64,000 nucleotides of DNA from Mobula hypostoma (Eukaryota): positions 27,034,001 through 27,098,000 of the forward strand of contig NC_086108.1 in the NCBI RefSeq assembly GCF_963921235.1, in the 5' to 3' direction. Below, one piece after another: positions 22,826-37,100 of the stretch. The position numbers were made by a program, and so were the translations under genes. The number at the start of each line of letters is the position of its first letter. Within the stretch, counting starts at the first letter, position 1. Below the pieces are notes generated by a model. That model made no database searches, was not told the origin of the DNA, and was given only the letters and a program-made list of their open reading frames with translations.

Positions 22826-23915
22826 CCATAAAATATAGGAGCAGAATTAGTCCAATCAGCCCATTGAATCTGATCTACCATTCCATCATGGCTAGTTTAT
22901 TAACCCCCCCCCCCACCAGCTCTATTCTCCTGCCTTTTCCCTATAACTTTTGATGCCTTTACTAATCAAGAACACATCAACCTCTGCTTTAATAATACTC
23001 AATGACTTGGCCTCCATAGCTCTCTGTGGCAATGAATTCGACTGATTCACTACCCTCTGGCTAAAGAAATTCCTTCTCATCTCTGTTCTAAACAGACATC
23101 CCTCAATTTTGAGGCTGTGGTCTCTAGTCCTGGACTCCCTGACTACAGGAATCATCCTCTTCACATTCGGTCTATCAAGGCCTTTCAATATTCAGTAGGT
23201 TCCAGTGAGAACCCTTTCATTTTTCCAAACCTTAGTGAGTACAGGCCCAGAGCCATCAAATGCTCTTCATTCATTAACCCTTACACAGCCAGAATCATGC
23301 TCGTCTCCAATGCCAGCACATCTTTTCTTAGATCAGGGGCCCAAAACTGCTCACAATACTCTTAAGTGCAGTCTGACCAATGTCTTATAAAGTCTCAGCA
23401 TCACATCCTTGCTCTTATGTTCTAGTCCTATCAAAATGAATACAAACATTGCATTTGCCTTCCTTACCACTGACTCAACCTGCAAGTTATTCTGTAGAGA
23501 AACCTGCCCAAGGATTCACAAGTCCCTTTCCACCTCTGATTTTTGAAATTTTTCCCTGTATAGAAAATAATCTACACTATTATTCCTTCTACCAAAGTGC
23601 ATGACAAGACACTACACTATAGTCCACCTGCCACTTCTTTGCCCATTCCCTTCAATCTGTCTAAGTACTTCTGCAGACTTCCTACTTTCTCAACACTATC
23701 CGCCTCTCCACCTATCCTTGTATCAGCCACAAAGCCATCCACTTCTTCATTCAAATTATTGACATACAACATGAAAAGAAGTAGTCCAAGGAACATCACT
23801 AGTCACCAGCAGCCAACCAGAAAAGGCCCCCTTTATGCCCATACTTTGGCTCCTGCCCAGTCAGCCAATCTTCTATCCATGCTAATATATTTTCTGCCAT
23901 ACCATGGGCTCTTGG
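22826..23915 (-). mobile_element. CR1 LINE 3' fragment
   Basis: ORFs 22922..23188 (KGLDR...RTEMRRNFFSQRVVN) and 23617..23799 (FVADTRIGG); tail GACCATAA. Confidence 0.85.
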
Positions 23916-24035
23916 TATTACAGGAAAGATATAACAGAAAATGGCCCTTACACCTCAAAATCTACCTGCTAAGGGCATTTCCACCTTATTGTCTGCCTGC
24001 ACTGAACTTTCTCTGGAACTGTAACACTATATTCT

Positions 24036-24362
24036 ACACAAACACAAGAGATTCTGCAGATCATGGAAATCCAAAGTAACACACACAAAATGCTCGAGGA
24101 ACTCTGCATGTTCGTCAGCATCTATGGAGAGGAATCAAGTCAACATTCCGGGCGACACAAAATAATCTGCAGATGCTGTTGTCAAAGGAACACTCACAAT
24201 GCGCTGGAGGAACTCAGCAGGTCAGTCAGCATCAGTTGAAAAGATTAGTCGAGGTTTCGGGCCGAAACCTTCGTCAGGACTTTAGGAAGAATTCAGGGTG
24301 ATGAAGTGTCTGAACCCGAAGCGTCGATTTTTTATGCTGAGTTCCTCCGTCATTTTGTGTAT
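24036..24362. mobile_element. Miniature palindromic pLTR-only Penelope-like insertion #5 (divergent subfamily)
   Basis: Two tandem minus-strand pLTR ends (TCTGCAGAT...GAGGAACTC.GCA) followed by a plus-strand end (GCTGAGTTCCTCC..CATTTTGTGT). TSD GT(A/T)ACACTATATTCT at 24021-24035 and 24363-24377. Confidence 0.75.
24247..24281 (-). ncRNA. Hammerhead ribozyme motif, variant
   Basis: AGTC-CTGACGA-AGG tttcgg CCC-GAAA-C-CTC-GACT; mismatches in stems II and III. A more decayed partner lies on the plus strand at about 24297-24329. Confidence 0.6.
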
Positions 24363-25624
24363 GTTACACTATATTCTGCATTCTGTTATTGCTTTTCTCC
24401 TGTACCACCCCGGCGTACTGATCTGATGAAGTAATCATGGATGGTATGCAACACCAGGGTTTTCGCTGTACATTGGTACATATGACAATAATAAACCAAT
24501 TCCAATTCCAGTTCCAATTAGCACTGGGTCCAGATTCTGCAGCATTTTCCTTTACTGCACTTCAGGAGCACTTTCACAGGACAGACTGCAGCAATTCAAG
24601 AAGGCAGCTCATCAGTACTTTCTCAATGGTAATTAGAAATGGGTAATAAATGTTGATCTTCCTAGCAATGCCAATGTCCTGAAAAATGAATTTAAATAAA
24701 TATGAATACGATCAGAGATATCAGCAATTATTTTTTTTTGCTTGCTTCCACATCAGAATAAATCACTACTTGACGCTCCCCATGTGACAGCCCCTGCCTG
24801 AAAATGATTGAGAAGTTTCAATTTAAATTCCTTTACTTCTGCAGGGAGCGTGTCAGATGGAGATTTAGCACAGGCTCAGCAATTTACAGTTTAACAGAAA
24901 ATGCTGCCAAGGCATCGTAGACCAGTCAACACCACAGGAAATATCACACTGTTGAGTGTAACAAACCTGCCAACTCCTCACCTTCCTTGCAGACCTCCCT
25001 GAAATCATCAGATTCAGACAGCTATGTTTCTCTTTTTGGTTTATATCTGTGTGTAGCCCAAGCTCCAAGTCTGCACCTAATAAAATACACAAACGCATTC
25101 TCTTGGGTCGCCCATTCCCAGTATGACCAACATATTCCCATCATTATCTGTAAAGTTCATTCTCAGAAATATCTTTATAGAATGTAAACAGCTGCTAGTC
25201 TGACTTTTCTTATGCAGAACTGCACAGTAGTTTTGTGATCTGTATTCAGCTCACAGGGAGAACATGCAAACTCCACACAGAGACAACATCAGAGTTTGTG
25301 ATTAAACTCAAGTTGCTGGAGCTTTGGGGCAGCAACTTGTTTAGTGGTGCTACTGTACCATCCTACTTATGTGCAAATGATTAGGTGACATAAATTTGAA
25401 TACAGGAACCCTCTCTGACTGTAAGCATTTCTTTTTGCTTCCTATTTGCTTGGATCAATAGGCCTGTGATTGGCTACCATCAGGTAGGAGGTACAGGAGC
25501 CTGAAGGCCCACACGTAATTATTCAGGAATGGCATCTTCCACTCTGCCATCAGATTTCTGAATTGACATTGAACCCATGAAATCTACCTCACTGCTTTAT
25601 TTTTCTTTTTTTGCACTACTTACT

Positions 25625-26163
25625 TTTGTGTTGTTTGTTTGTCATATCTGATGATGACAGGGAAACTGTACGGGAGAGTTTATAAAGTGCAAGAGCCATG
25701 CACTGGGACAGTTCCACTCTCTTGACCTCAGAAATCCAGGTTCAATGGTACGAACAACCATCACAAACTGGTGTCTTCCTTGGTTGCGGAGGATGACCAT
25801 AATGTTTTTTTGTGTCTTTTCATGCCCTTCACTCTCCATTGAGCATTGCAGAACCATCACCCTGGCCGCTGGATCTCACTGTAAAACTCATCTGCCCATT
25901 CCAGCGAGCTGACTTCTTGTGCGAGCACAGGCATGCTCCTATCTCACTGGAGTTAGAGGCCTGCTGGCTACTCTCAGCTAGTTTATCTCACCTGTCAAAG
26001 TGGTGTATCGGGGTGTGGCCACTGTTGCATGCAAACAGCAACTTGGACCCACAGGTGAGAGGTAAGTATCCAAGGGGACCAAAGGTGAGCGAGCTACCCC
26101 AGAGTAGATACGACAAGCCCCTTCACCAGAGGTGCTACCCCTCTCTGGACACTCCATACAGCC
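25625..26163 (-). mobile_element. RTE-derived non-autonomous element inserted in a Rex1 3' UTR
   Basis: 11-bp TSD CACTACTTACT (25614-25624, 26164-26174). The minus-strand 5' end has GGTGAAGGGGCTTGTCGT, like RTE 5' UTRs. (ACAA)n-like tail. The host Rex1 fragment lies at about 25470-25624 and 26175-26315. Confidence 0.7.
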
Positions 26164-27527
26164 CACTACTTACTAAATTTAATTTTATTTATATGGACAT
26201 ATTCTTCTTACTGTAATTTACAGATTTTATTCTTATGCATTGCAATGTACTACCACTGCCAAACAACACATTTCTTGACATATGCCAGTGACAGTAAACT
26301 TGATTCTGATTTGGATTCTGTAGGAGGTCAGCACACTGACAGAAATCTGTTAACTTCAAAGTAACTCATGCCACTGGCATTGGAAAGTACTAGAAAGGTC
26401 AAGATTCGAAGCTGAGTAAGGAATGATCAACTGAATTGACCTTTTTCTCAGGCTAATCTGAATTAATTTCACTATTCCAGAAACTATCATATTAAAAGAT
26501 TGCCTTGCCTTTTTTTCTGCTGTTTAAACAGAAGGAACCATTAACATTGCTACAACAAACTTCTCCTCATCTGCATTCTGATGAGATATACACTGTGTTT
26601 ACAATTAATTTTAAGATATTCCACTTAAACAAAGATTTTCAGATTTGCAAAAGCAAACATGAAATATTTAAATAAAATGCATGTTAAATATTAAACTCAA
26701 CATAGAATAGGAAATTGAAAACCAAAGAGTTCATTAGAGAATTTGCTTAAATCATCTTTGGAGGTAACGAAAGAGCTGCATTATCATTTATGGAGGAGGG
26801 GGAGCCATTCACAATTTCATTTAGACAGTAGAGTCGCACAGCACAGAAAAGCTCTTTTGCCTCACTATCTGCATGTCAAGTGTCAAGTTCCTCTTTACAG
26901 TGATCCCATTTCTCAGCAGTTGCTGCATAGTCTTCTATCCTTGGTGATTTAAGTGCTTATCCCTATGTTTTTACAGGAGAACCTGCCTCTATCATGCACT
27001 CGTGCAGTCTGCTCCAGGCTATAACCATCTTCTGGGAGAATTTTTTTTTGGATCTTAAACTCTTCAAACTTCTTTCTCTTCATATTAATGAAGCCTCTGG
27101 TTTTAGAAGCCTTTATTATGGGGTAAGTTTCATTCTCTCATCCTCTCTACGTGTTCAAAATTTTGCGTACCTCTATCAGGTCCCTGTTCAGACCTCCTCT
27201 CCAGGGAAATCTGGAACATAGAGCACAGAACAGTATGTTACAAGAACTGGCCTTTTGGCCCACAACATGTACCAACCTGATTAAACAAGTAATTAAATGC
27301 CTAACTAAATTAATTCCTTCTGCCTACACAATGTCCATATGCATACATTCTCTGCAAATTTCTGAGCCTATCTAAGTGCCTCTTAAATACCCCTTTCATA
27401 TTTGCATGGGTTATGTTTTATAACTTCAAAACATTAAATTAATTCAGAGAAGACACATGGGAGTTCTAAATGCAGGACTAGCTTTGTCTTTAAGCGAGGT
27501 GCAAACGTATCACATGGGTAGCATAAT

Positions 27528-27985
27528 ATAAGATCACAAGACCATAAGATCATAAGATATAGGAGGAGAATTAGGCCATTCGGCCTATTGAGTCTGCTCT
27601 GCCATTTCATCATGGCTGATCCAATTTCCTCTCTGCCCCAATCTCCTGCCAACTCCCCAAATCCCTCTATGCCTTGACCAATCAAGAATCTATCAACCCC
27701 TAACATAAGTATACATACAGACCTGGCCTCCATGGCTGCCTGTGGCAAAAAATTCCACTGATTCACCACTGTCTGGATAAGGAAATTTCTCCTCATCTCC
27801 GTTCTAACAGGAAGCCTCTCAATTCTGAGGCTGTGTGATCGGGTCTTAGACTCTCCCACCACAGGAAATATCCTCTCCACATCTACTCTATCAAGGCCTT
27901 TCGATAAATTTCAATGAGGTCACCCCTCATTCTTCTGACTTCCAGTGAATACAGGCCTACAGCCATCAAATGCTCTTCATATAGG
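27528..27985 (-). mobile_element. CR1 LINE 3' fragment
   Basis: ORF 27434..27880 (ERIFPVVGESKTRSHSLRI...RTEMRRNF); (CATAAGA)n tail. Confidence 0.85.
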
Positions 27986-27989
27986 AAAC

Positions 27990-30520
27990 TGTTTTGACGT
28001 ATGCAATCAACGTACTCTTACATGTAACTCCTAATTAATTATTTAAGTGAATGAGAATGCTTAATCAAACAATGTATGTACAAGATTTTTCAAATATCAT
28101 TGAAATATTAAATACACAACACTCCTCCCTGCCTTGCTATAAACCAACTCAGTAGAGAATGCATCTCAACTACGTACACAGTACATTATGTACATAATGC
28201 AAATACTATATATAGACATCCACAGCATAGTAAATTTTAAATTATCCCACTGAGGCCTATAGATCTAATCACTGTGAAGGCTTTCTTACACATGTGTGAT
28301 AACATCGTTCCTGACACCAGGGATCACTCTGTTGGGCAGGTGAGAATTGTGTTTGTATAAACAATCTCAGTTTCTGGGACCTCTTCTGTGGTGGCTGTAA
28401 GAGTTGACTCTGAGACTGCAGGAAGTGGTTCTGATATGGGTAGCCAACTTAATTCTTCTTTTCACTCTCTGGATCTATTTCAATCTCTTTCTTTTTCTTT
28501 CTCGCTTTCCTTCTCTCTTTCACATCATTGTCTTCCTTGTTCACATTCTTTCTCTCCATCTCTTCCCTCCTTTTTCTTCTTCTAGTTTGTGCATCTTGAT
28601 GTTGGAAAGTTGCAATTAGTCCATTGGAGTAATCTCTTATTAATTCTTCTATTGCTCCCTTAAAGACCCGATCTCTCCTCTTGGCTTACACATTCACAAC
28701 ATCATCTGTTTTCGTATCTCCATTGACTACTTCTTTTTGGCCTTCCATTCACCAGCTGGGCTTTGGTCTTTGCTTTTACTTTTACAAACACTTTTTGTCT
28801 CCCACTTGAAGTTCATGCAATAACCTCAATGTATGCAAAGTAGAATCTGGCTCTTTATATCACAAAAGCCAAATGCTTGCAACTTTCCTGAAGTTCCTCG
28901 AACTCTCTCTCAGCTTAAACTCAAGCCACATTTTGCAAGTAACTGCCTGATTAACGTCAGAAGCCTTCTCTCATATGTTGCCGACAAAAACAGTTGTAGT
29001 TGAACCACTGCTTTCATAACTTTCATACTACCTCCAAACAGCATAATCCTTCCTTGTTCCCATATGCTTCCCAATCAGAGGCATGGAGGTTGACACCAAC
29101 ACCTGTTTGTCTCCTGTTGGGGAATGATTCATGGAGTTTGTCATGGAGAAAGTTGTGGCATCACCCGGTACCTTTCTTCATTGCAGGAGATGTGGCATGC
29201 AAATGATGGATGGATCTCCAATCAAGTTGTAGTTGTCTCAGCCAATCATGACCCCACAATGCTGGTCCTTCTGTTTTTACCTCACATAAGCTCAATGTGG
29301 CTTGTTGGTTGTTGTATTTCACAGTTATTAATGTCTTTTCCACAGGAGCTAGCTTTTCTTCAGTATATGTTCTTAGTTGAATATCTGCAGTTTGGTGTCT
29401 TTGAAATGTTGTTCAAACTTATTTTGTGGGATGTCTGAAACAGTTGAGCCAGCGTCCAATTCCATTTTAATTAACTTGTCATTCACTTCTGGCATAAGCC
29501 ATATTGCTTGTCTATTTTTAATTTTCATATTGTAAATCTCAAGTCTAGTCAGCCCCGTGATAAGAGTGACACAGGGCTGACTAGGCTTGAGATTTACAAT
29601 ACGAAACAGTAATTTGGATGTTTATCTTTTTCTCCTCTCTGTGCAGCCCATTTATTTTTGTCTGCCTGACATGCTATTTGTATGTGTCTAAACTTTTTGC
29701 ATTTTCTGAAAGTTTCGCCCTTAAACCGCATGTGAGCCCCTGCCACAACAGCAATACACGTTATTCGACCTTTCCAGTTTCTATTTAAAAACTTAAATTT
29801 TATTCATGCTCAGCTTCATTTCTGATTGCAACTCAGTTGCATCTCTGTCTGCTATTTCCATTGATACAGCGATTTTGACTGCTCTTTTAAATGGAAGTTG
29901 TGCTTTAGTTAAGAGCTGTTTATGAATGCTTTCTTTTAAGATTCCACAAAATAAACAATCTCTTAGTGTACCATTGACCCGATTACCAAACTGATAATGT
30001 TCAGACAACCTCTTCAATTCAGCCACATATGCTGAAATGGGGTCCCCTTCCTTTTGATTCCACTTATGAAACCTGAAATGTTCTGCAATTCACAATGGCT
30101 TGGGTTCTAAATGTTCCTGTATTACTTTTACAATAGTAGCAAAATTAATTTCTGATGGTTTCAAAGTCTGAAGCAAACTGTATGCCTTTAAACCTAATGA
30201 ACTTAGCAAAATTGGCCCTTACTTTTCATTGGTTATTTCATTTGCTTCAAAATACTATTCCAGAAGCTTAGTACACAGGAGCCAATTACCCACTGTGTAA
30301 ATAAACTCATCAATCTTTCCAATGTAGCCAGCCATTTCAGATTTTTTTAATGCTTATTTTCACCTGGTACTCACTTTTTGTAAACCCTGAATTCATCCAT
30401 TTACGGCCTTTTTTGTAAACTTGATCGCATCTTCCCTTCCAAAGAACACATGCTGCTTTGTTTTGCTTTCCCTCACTAAACTTTATTTTAGTTTGAACGT
30501 CTTGCTCCCCTTAACAGGTT
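27990..30520 (-). mobile_element. Decayed Gypsy LTR retrotransposon (gag, protease, PPT, partial 3' LTR)
   Basis: gag start MAGYIGKID near 30335; ORF 29793..30026 (MAELKRLSEHYQF...LRDCLFCGI); protease VKMELDAG at about 29470 and GPALWGHDWL; PPT 28122-28133 abutting the LTR TG at 28121. Same family as 45525-52611. Confidence 0.8.
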
Positions 30521-30829
30521 GGGAGCCTGTTGAGGCAGAGAGGATGGTAGGATGAAGGAACCGTGGTTGACAGGATAGGTGGAATATTTATTTAGTCGAA
30601 AGGAAGAAGGAAGCATACATGTTTTAAGAATCAAAGATCAGACAGGGCTCTTGAGAGTTATAAGTTAGCTAGGAAAGTTCAAAGTTCATACCACCTTGCG
30701 AGGCATCTTGTTTCAGGCATTCACAGCAGAACAGAAAAATGCAACAGAATCAATGAAAAACTACACAATGACTGACAAACAACCAATGTGTGAAAGAAGA
30801 TGAACTGTTCAAAAAGAAGTAATTATTTA

Positions 30830-31095
30830 TTGAGATGCAGTGTGGAATAGGCCTCTCCAGCAACTCAAGTCATGTGCCAAGTTAATCCCAGACTAATTGT
30901 GGGACAATTTGCAGTGACTAATTAACCTACCAACCAGTACATCTTTGGACTATGGGAAAAAATGTGAGCACCTGGAGGAAACCTACACAGTCACAGGGAG
31001 AACACACAAGTTTCTCATAGACAGCGGTGGGATTTGAACTCAGGTTGCCTGTACTGTAAAGCATTGTGCTAACCACTGTGTTACTGTGCTGCCCT
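30830..31095 (-). mobile_element. V-SINE-like tRNA SINE
   Basis: Minus strand has TAACACAGTGGTTAGCAC (A box) and CTGAGTTCAAATCC (B box), then the V-domain. Confidence 0.65.
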
Positions 31096-31192
31096 TAGTA
31101 AATAAAACTGAGAACATGAGCCTTGAAAGTGAGTCCATGGGTTGTGGAATCAGTTAAGACTAAAGTGTGTGAATTTATCCACACTGGTTCCG

Positions 31193-34100
31193 AACATAAG
31201 AACATAAGAAATAGGAGCATGAGTAGGCCATCTGGCCCATCGAGCCTGCCCCACCATTCAATAAGATCATGGCTGATCAGTCCATAAATTCAGCTCCATC
31301 TACCTGCCTTTTCCCCATTACCCTTAATCCCCCTAATATGTAAAAATCTGTCTAACTATATCTTAAATATATTTAGTGAAGAAGCCTCAACTGCTTCCCT
31401 GGGCAGAGAATTCCACAGATTAACCACTTTCTGGGAAAAACAGTTTCTCCTCATCTCCATGCTAAATCTTCTCTCCTGAATCTTGAGGCAATGTCCCCTA
31501 GTTCTAGTCTCACCTACGAATGGAAACAACTTTCTATCTTATCTATCCCCTTCAAAATTTTGTATGTTTCTATAAGATCCCCTCTCATTCTTCTGAAACC
31601 TACAAAGTGCAGTCCCAGGCAACTCAATCTCTCCTCATAGGTTAACCCCTTCATCCCTGGAATCAACCTGGTGAACTTCCTCAGTACTGCTTCCAAAGCC
31701 AGTATATCCTTCCTCAAGTATGGAGACCAGAACTGCACACAGTACTCCAGGTGCAGCCTCACTAGTATCCTGTACAGTTGCAGCATGACCTCCCTGCTCT
31801 TGAATTCAATCCCTCTGGCAATGAAGGCCAACATTCTGTTTGCCTTCTTAATAACATGTGCACCTGCAAGCCAACTTTTTGCGATTCATGCACAAGCACT
31901 CCCAGGTCCCTCTGCACAACTGCATGCTGCAATCTTTCACTATTTAAATAATAATCTGCTTTTCTGTTATTCCTTCCAAAGTGGATGATCTTGCACTTAC
32001 CAGCGTTGTATTCCATCTGCCAGATCTTGGCCCACTCACTTAACCTATATATATCCCTCTGCAGACTCTCCACATCATCAGTACAATTTGATTTTCCACT
32101 CAGTTTAGTGTCATCAGCAAATTTTGCTGTGCTACACTCAGTCCCCTCTTCCAAATCATCAATGTAAATGGTAAACAGCCGTGGGCCCAGCACCGACCCC
32201 TGCGGCATCCCACTCACCACAGACTGCCAACCGGAGAAACACCCATTTATACCAACTCTCTGCCTTCTATTGGTTAACCAATCCACTATCCATGCCAATA
32301 CACTTCCTCTGACTCCATGTATCCGTATCGTATTTATAAGTCTCTTGTGTGGCACCTTATCGAATGCCTTCTAGAAATCTAAGTATACGACATCTACCTG
32401 TTCCCTTCTATCCACTGCACTTATTATGTCCTCAAAGAACTCCAATAAGTTTGTCAAACAGGACCTGCCCTTTCTGAATCCATGCTGCATCTGTCTAATG
32501 GAACCACTCCTTTCTAGATGCTTCACTATTTCTTCCATAATGACAGCTTCAAGCATTTTCCCGACTACAGACATTAAGCTAACTGGCCTATAGTTGCCCA
32601 TCTTTTGCCTACATCCTTTTTTAAAAAGTGGTGTGACATTTGCTGTCTTCCAATCCACCAGGACTTGTCCAGAGTCTAGAGAATTTTGGTAAATGATTAC
32701 CAACGTGTCTACTATAACCTCTGCCAATTCCCTCAGCACCCTGGGATGCATCCTATCAGGACCAGGGGACTTATCTACCTTCAGACCCTCCAGTTTTCGC
32801 ATCACTATCTCTTTAGTGACAGTGATTGTATCGAGATCCTCACCTCCCATTTCGTCCATAACATCATTCTTTCGCATATCCTCCACCTGAAAGACCAACA
32901 CAAAATAGTCGTTCAATGCCTCAGCCATTTCCTTATCACCCAATATCAATTTCCCCTTCCTGCCTTCCAAGGGACCGGCAGTGACTTTAGCCACCCTCTC
33001 CTACTTTATATATTTATAAAAACTTTTGTCGTCTGTTTTTATATTTTATGCTAATTTACTTTCATTCTTTCTCTTCCCTTTCCTTATTTCTTGTTTAGTT
33101 GTTTTTTTTTGCTTTTAAAAGTTTTCCCAATTCTCCAGTCACCTACTACTCTTTGCGACTTGGTACACATGAGCTTTTAATTTGATACTATCTTTTATTT
33201 CCTTAGTTATCCAAGGCTGGCTCTCCCCACACTTACTGTCCTTACTTTTGACTGGAATATACTTCTGTTGAGCACTGTGAAAAATCTCTTTGAAAGTATT
33301 CTACTGTTCCTCTACTGTCCTACCAAATAACCTGTGCTCCCAATCCACATTAGCCAACTCCTCCCTCTTTCTGTTGTAGTCTCCCTTGTTCAAGTATAAT
33401 ACACTAGTTTTAGATCTGACTATTTCATCCTCCATCTGTATGTGAAATTCAATCATACTATGATCACTCTTTCCAAGAGGATCCCTGACTACAAGATTGT
33501 TAATCTTACCTGTCTCATTGCACAGGACTAGATCTAAGATAACATTTTCCCTTGTAAGTTCACTAACATGCTGCTCAAGAAATCGATCACGGATGCATTC
33601 TATGAAGTCCTCCTCAAGACTTCCTTGACCAACCTGATTCCCCAATCTATGTGGAAGTTAAAATCCCCCATGACAACTGCTGTTCCGTTCTTACAAGCCT
33701 CAGTAATTTCATGCTTAATCGCCTCTGCCACTGAAATATTTTTATTAGGTGGCCTATAGACAACTCCCACCAGTGATTTTTTTCCCTTTACTATTCTTAA
33801 TCTGTACCCAGATGGACTCAACATTCTGCTCTGTAGATCTTATATTGCCTCTCACAATCTCTCTGATCTCATCCTTAATTAAGAGCGTCACCCCACCTCC
33901 TTTGCCTTCCTGCCTATCTTTCCGTATTACCTGATACCCTTGGATACTTAATTCCCAGTCATCTGCACCTTGCAACCAGGTTTCTGTAATCACCACTAAA
34001 TCATTTGCCTTGGTACTGATCTGTGCCACAAGTTCACTAACCTTGTTTCTAATACTACGGGCATTTAGATAAAGTGCCCCGATACTCGTTCTCCTTTTAG

Positions 34101-37100
34101 AATTTAGTGACCTATGCGGTTTTCGCTTTTTACTTTTATGCACTCTACTCTTACTTTTTCCTACACTAACTTTAGCTTTGGTCTCTACATTACTTCCCTC
34201 TTCTTTTCTGTGTGCCATATTAGTTTAAAACCTCCCTAACAGCACTAACAAACAATCTCCCGAGGACATTGATCCTGGCCGTCCCACCACCCCCAGAAGC
34301 GGTTCGAATGCCCCAAGAATCTGAAACCCTCCCTCCTGCACCACCGCCCAAGCCACATATTCATTCTAGCTATCCTGCTAGTCCAACTCTGGCTAGCATG
34401 TGGCTCTGGTAATAGAAACATAGAAACAAAGAAAATAGGTGCAGGAGTAGGCCATTTGGCCCTTCGAGCCTGCACCGCCATTCAGTATGATCATGGCTGA
34501 TCATCCAACTCAGAACCCTGTACCAGCCTTCCCCCCATACCCCCGATCCCTTTAGTCACAAGGGCCATATCTAACTCCCTCTTAAATACAGCCAAGGAAC
34601 TGGCCTCAACTGTTTCCTGTGGCAGAGAATTCCACAGGTTCACCACTCTCTGTGTGAAAAAGTTTTTCCTAATCTCGGTCCTAAAAGGCTTCCCCTTTAT
34701 CCTCAAACTGTGACCCCTCGTTCTGGACTTCCCCAACAGCGGGAGCAATCTTCCTGCATCTAGCCTGTCCAATCCCTTTAGGATTTTGTATGTTTCAATA
34801 AGATCCCCCCTCAATCTTCTAAATTCCAGCGAGTGTAAGCCTAGTCGATCCAATCTTTCATCATATGAAAGTCCTGCCATCCCAGGATTCAATCTGGTGA
34901 ACCTTCTTTATACTCCCTCTGTGGCAAGGATGTCTTTCCTCAGATTAGGGGACCAAAACTGCACACAATACTCTAGGTGTGGTGTCACCAAGGCCTTGTA
35001 CAACTGCAGTAGTACCTCCCTGCTCCTGTACTCGAATCCTCTTGCTATGAATGCCAGCACATCATTCGCCTTTTTCACCGCATGCTGTACCTGCATGCCC
35101 ACTTTCAATGACTGGTGTATAATGACACCCAGGTCTCATTGCACCTCCCCTTTTCCTAATCGGCCACCATTCAGATAATAATCTGTTTTCCTGTTTTTTC
35201 CACCAAAGTGGATAACTTCACATTTATCCACATTAAATTGCATCTGCCTTGAATTTGCCCACTCACCTAACCTATCCAAGTCACCCTGCATCCTCTTAGC
35301 ATCCTCCTCACTGCTAACACTGCCGCCCAGCTTCGTGTTATCCGCAAACTTGGAGATGCTGCATTTAATTCCCTCATCTAAGTCATTAATATATATAGTT
35401 ATCAACTGGGATCCCAGCACTGAGCCTTGCGGTACCCCACTAGTCACTGCCTGCCATTTTGAAAAGATCCAGTTTATTCCCACTCTTTGCTTCCTGTCTG
35501 CCAACCAATTCTCTATCCACATCAATACCTTACCCCCAATACCGTGTGCTTTAAGTTTGCACACTAATCTCCTGTGTGGGACCTCGTCAAAAGCCTTTTG
35601 AAAATCCAAATATACCACATCCACTGGTTCTCCCCTATCCACTCTACTAGTTACATCCTCAAAAAATTCTATGAGATTCGTCAGACATGATTATCCTTTC
35701 ACAAATCCATGCTGACATTGTCCGATGATTTCACCACTTTCCAAATGTGCTGTTATCACATCCTTGATAACTAACTCTGGCATTTTCCCCACCACCGATG
35801 TCAGGCTAACCGGTCTATAATTCCCCGGTTTCTCTCTCCTTCCTTTTTTAAAAAGTGGGGTTTCATTAGCCACCCTCCAATCCTCAGGAACTAGTCTAGA
35901 ATCTACAGAGTTTTGAAAAATTATCAGTAATGCATCCATTATTTCTTGGGCTACTTCCTTAAGCACTCTGGGATGCAGACCATCTGGCCCTGGGGATTTA
36001 TCTGCCTTTAATCCCTTCAATTTACCTAACACCACTTCCCTACTAACATGTATTTCCCTCAGTTCCTCCATCTCACTGGACCCTCTGTCCCCTACTATTT
36101 CCGAAAGATTATTTATGTCCTCCTTAGTGAAGACAGAACCAAAGTAGTTATTCAACTGGTCTGCCATGTCCTTGCTCCCCATAATCAATTCACCTGTTTC
36201 TGTCTGTAGGGGACCTACATTTGTCTTAACCAATCTTTTTCTTTTCACATATCTATAAAAGCTTTTACAGTCAGTTTTTATGTTCCCTGCCAGTTTTCTC
36301 TCATAATCTTTTTCCCCTTCCTAATTAAGCCCTTTGTCCTCCTCTGCCGGACTCTGAATTTCTGCCAGTCCTCAGGTGAGCCACTTTTTCTGACTAATTT
36401 GTATGCTTCTTCTTTGGAATTGATACTATCCCTAATTTCCCTTGTCAGCCATGGGTGCACTACCTTCCTTGATTTATTCTTTTGCCAGACTGGGATGAAC
36501 AATTGTTGAGGTTCATCCATGCGATCTTTAAATGCTTGCCATTGCATATCCACCGTCAACCCTTTAAGTGCCATTTGCCAGTCTATCTTAGCTAATTCAT
36601 GTCTCACACCTTCAAAGTTACCCTTCTTTAAGTTCAGAACCTTTGTTTCTGAATTAACTATGTCACTCTCCATCTTAATAAAGAATTCCACCATACTACG
36701 GTCACTCTTACCCAAGGGGCCTCTCACGACAAGATTGCTAATTAACCCTTCCTCATTGTTCAATACCCAGTCTAGAATAGCCTGCTCTCTAGTTGGTTTC
36801 CTCGACATGTTGGTTCAAAAAACCATCCCGCATACATTCCAAGAAATCCTCTTCCTCAGCACCCTTACCAATTTGGTTTACCCAATCTATATGTAGATTG
36901 AAGTCACCCATTATAACTGCTGTTCCTTTTTTGCACGCATTTCTAATTTCCTGTTTAATACCATCCCCAACCTCACTACTACTGTTAGATTACTACTCAC
37001 TACTACTAATAATCCTGAGATTATTACCTTTGAGGTCCTACTCTTTAATTTATCTCCTATCTCCCTAAATTCAGCTTGTAGGACCTCATCGCGCTTTCTT

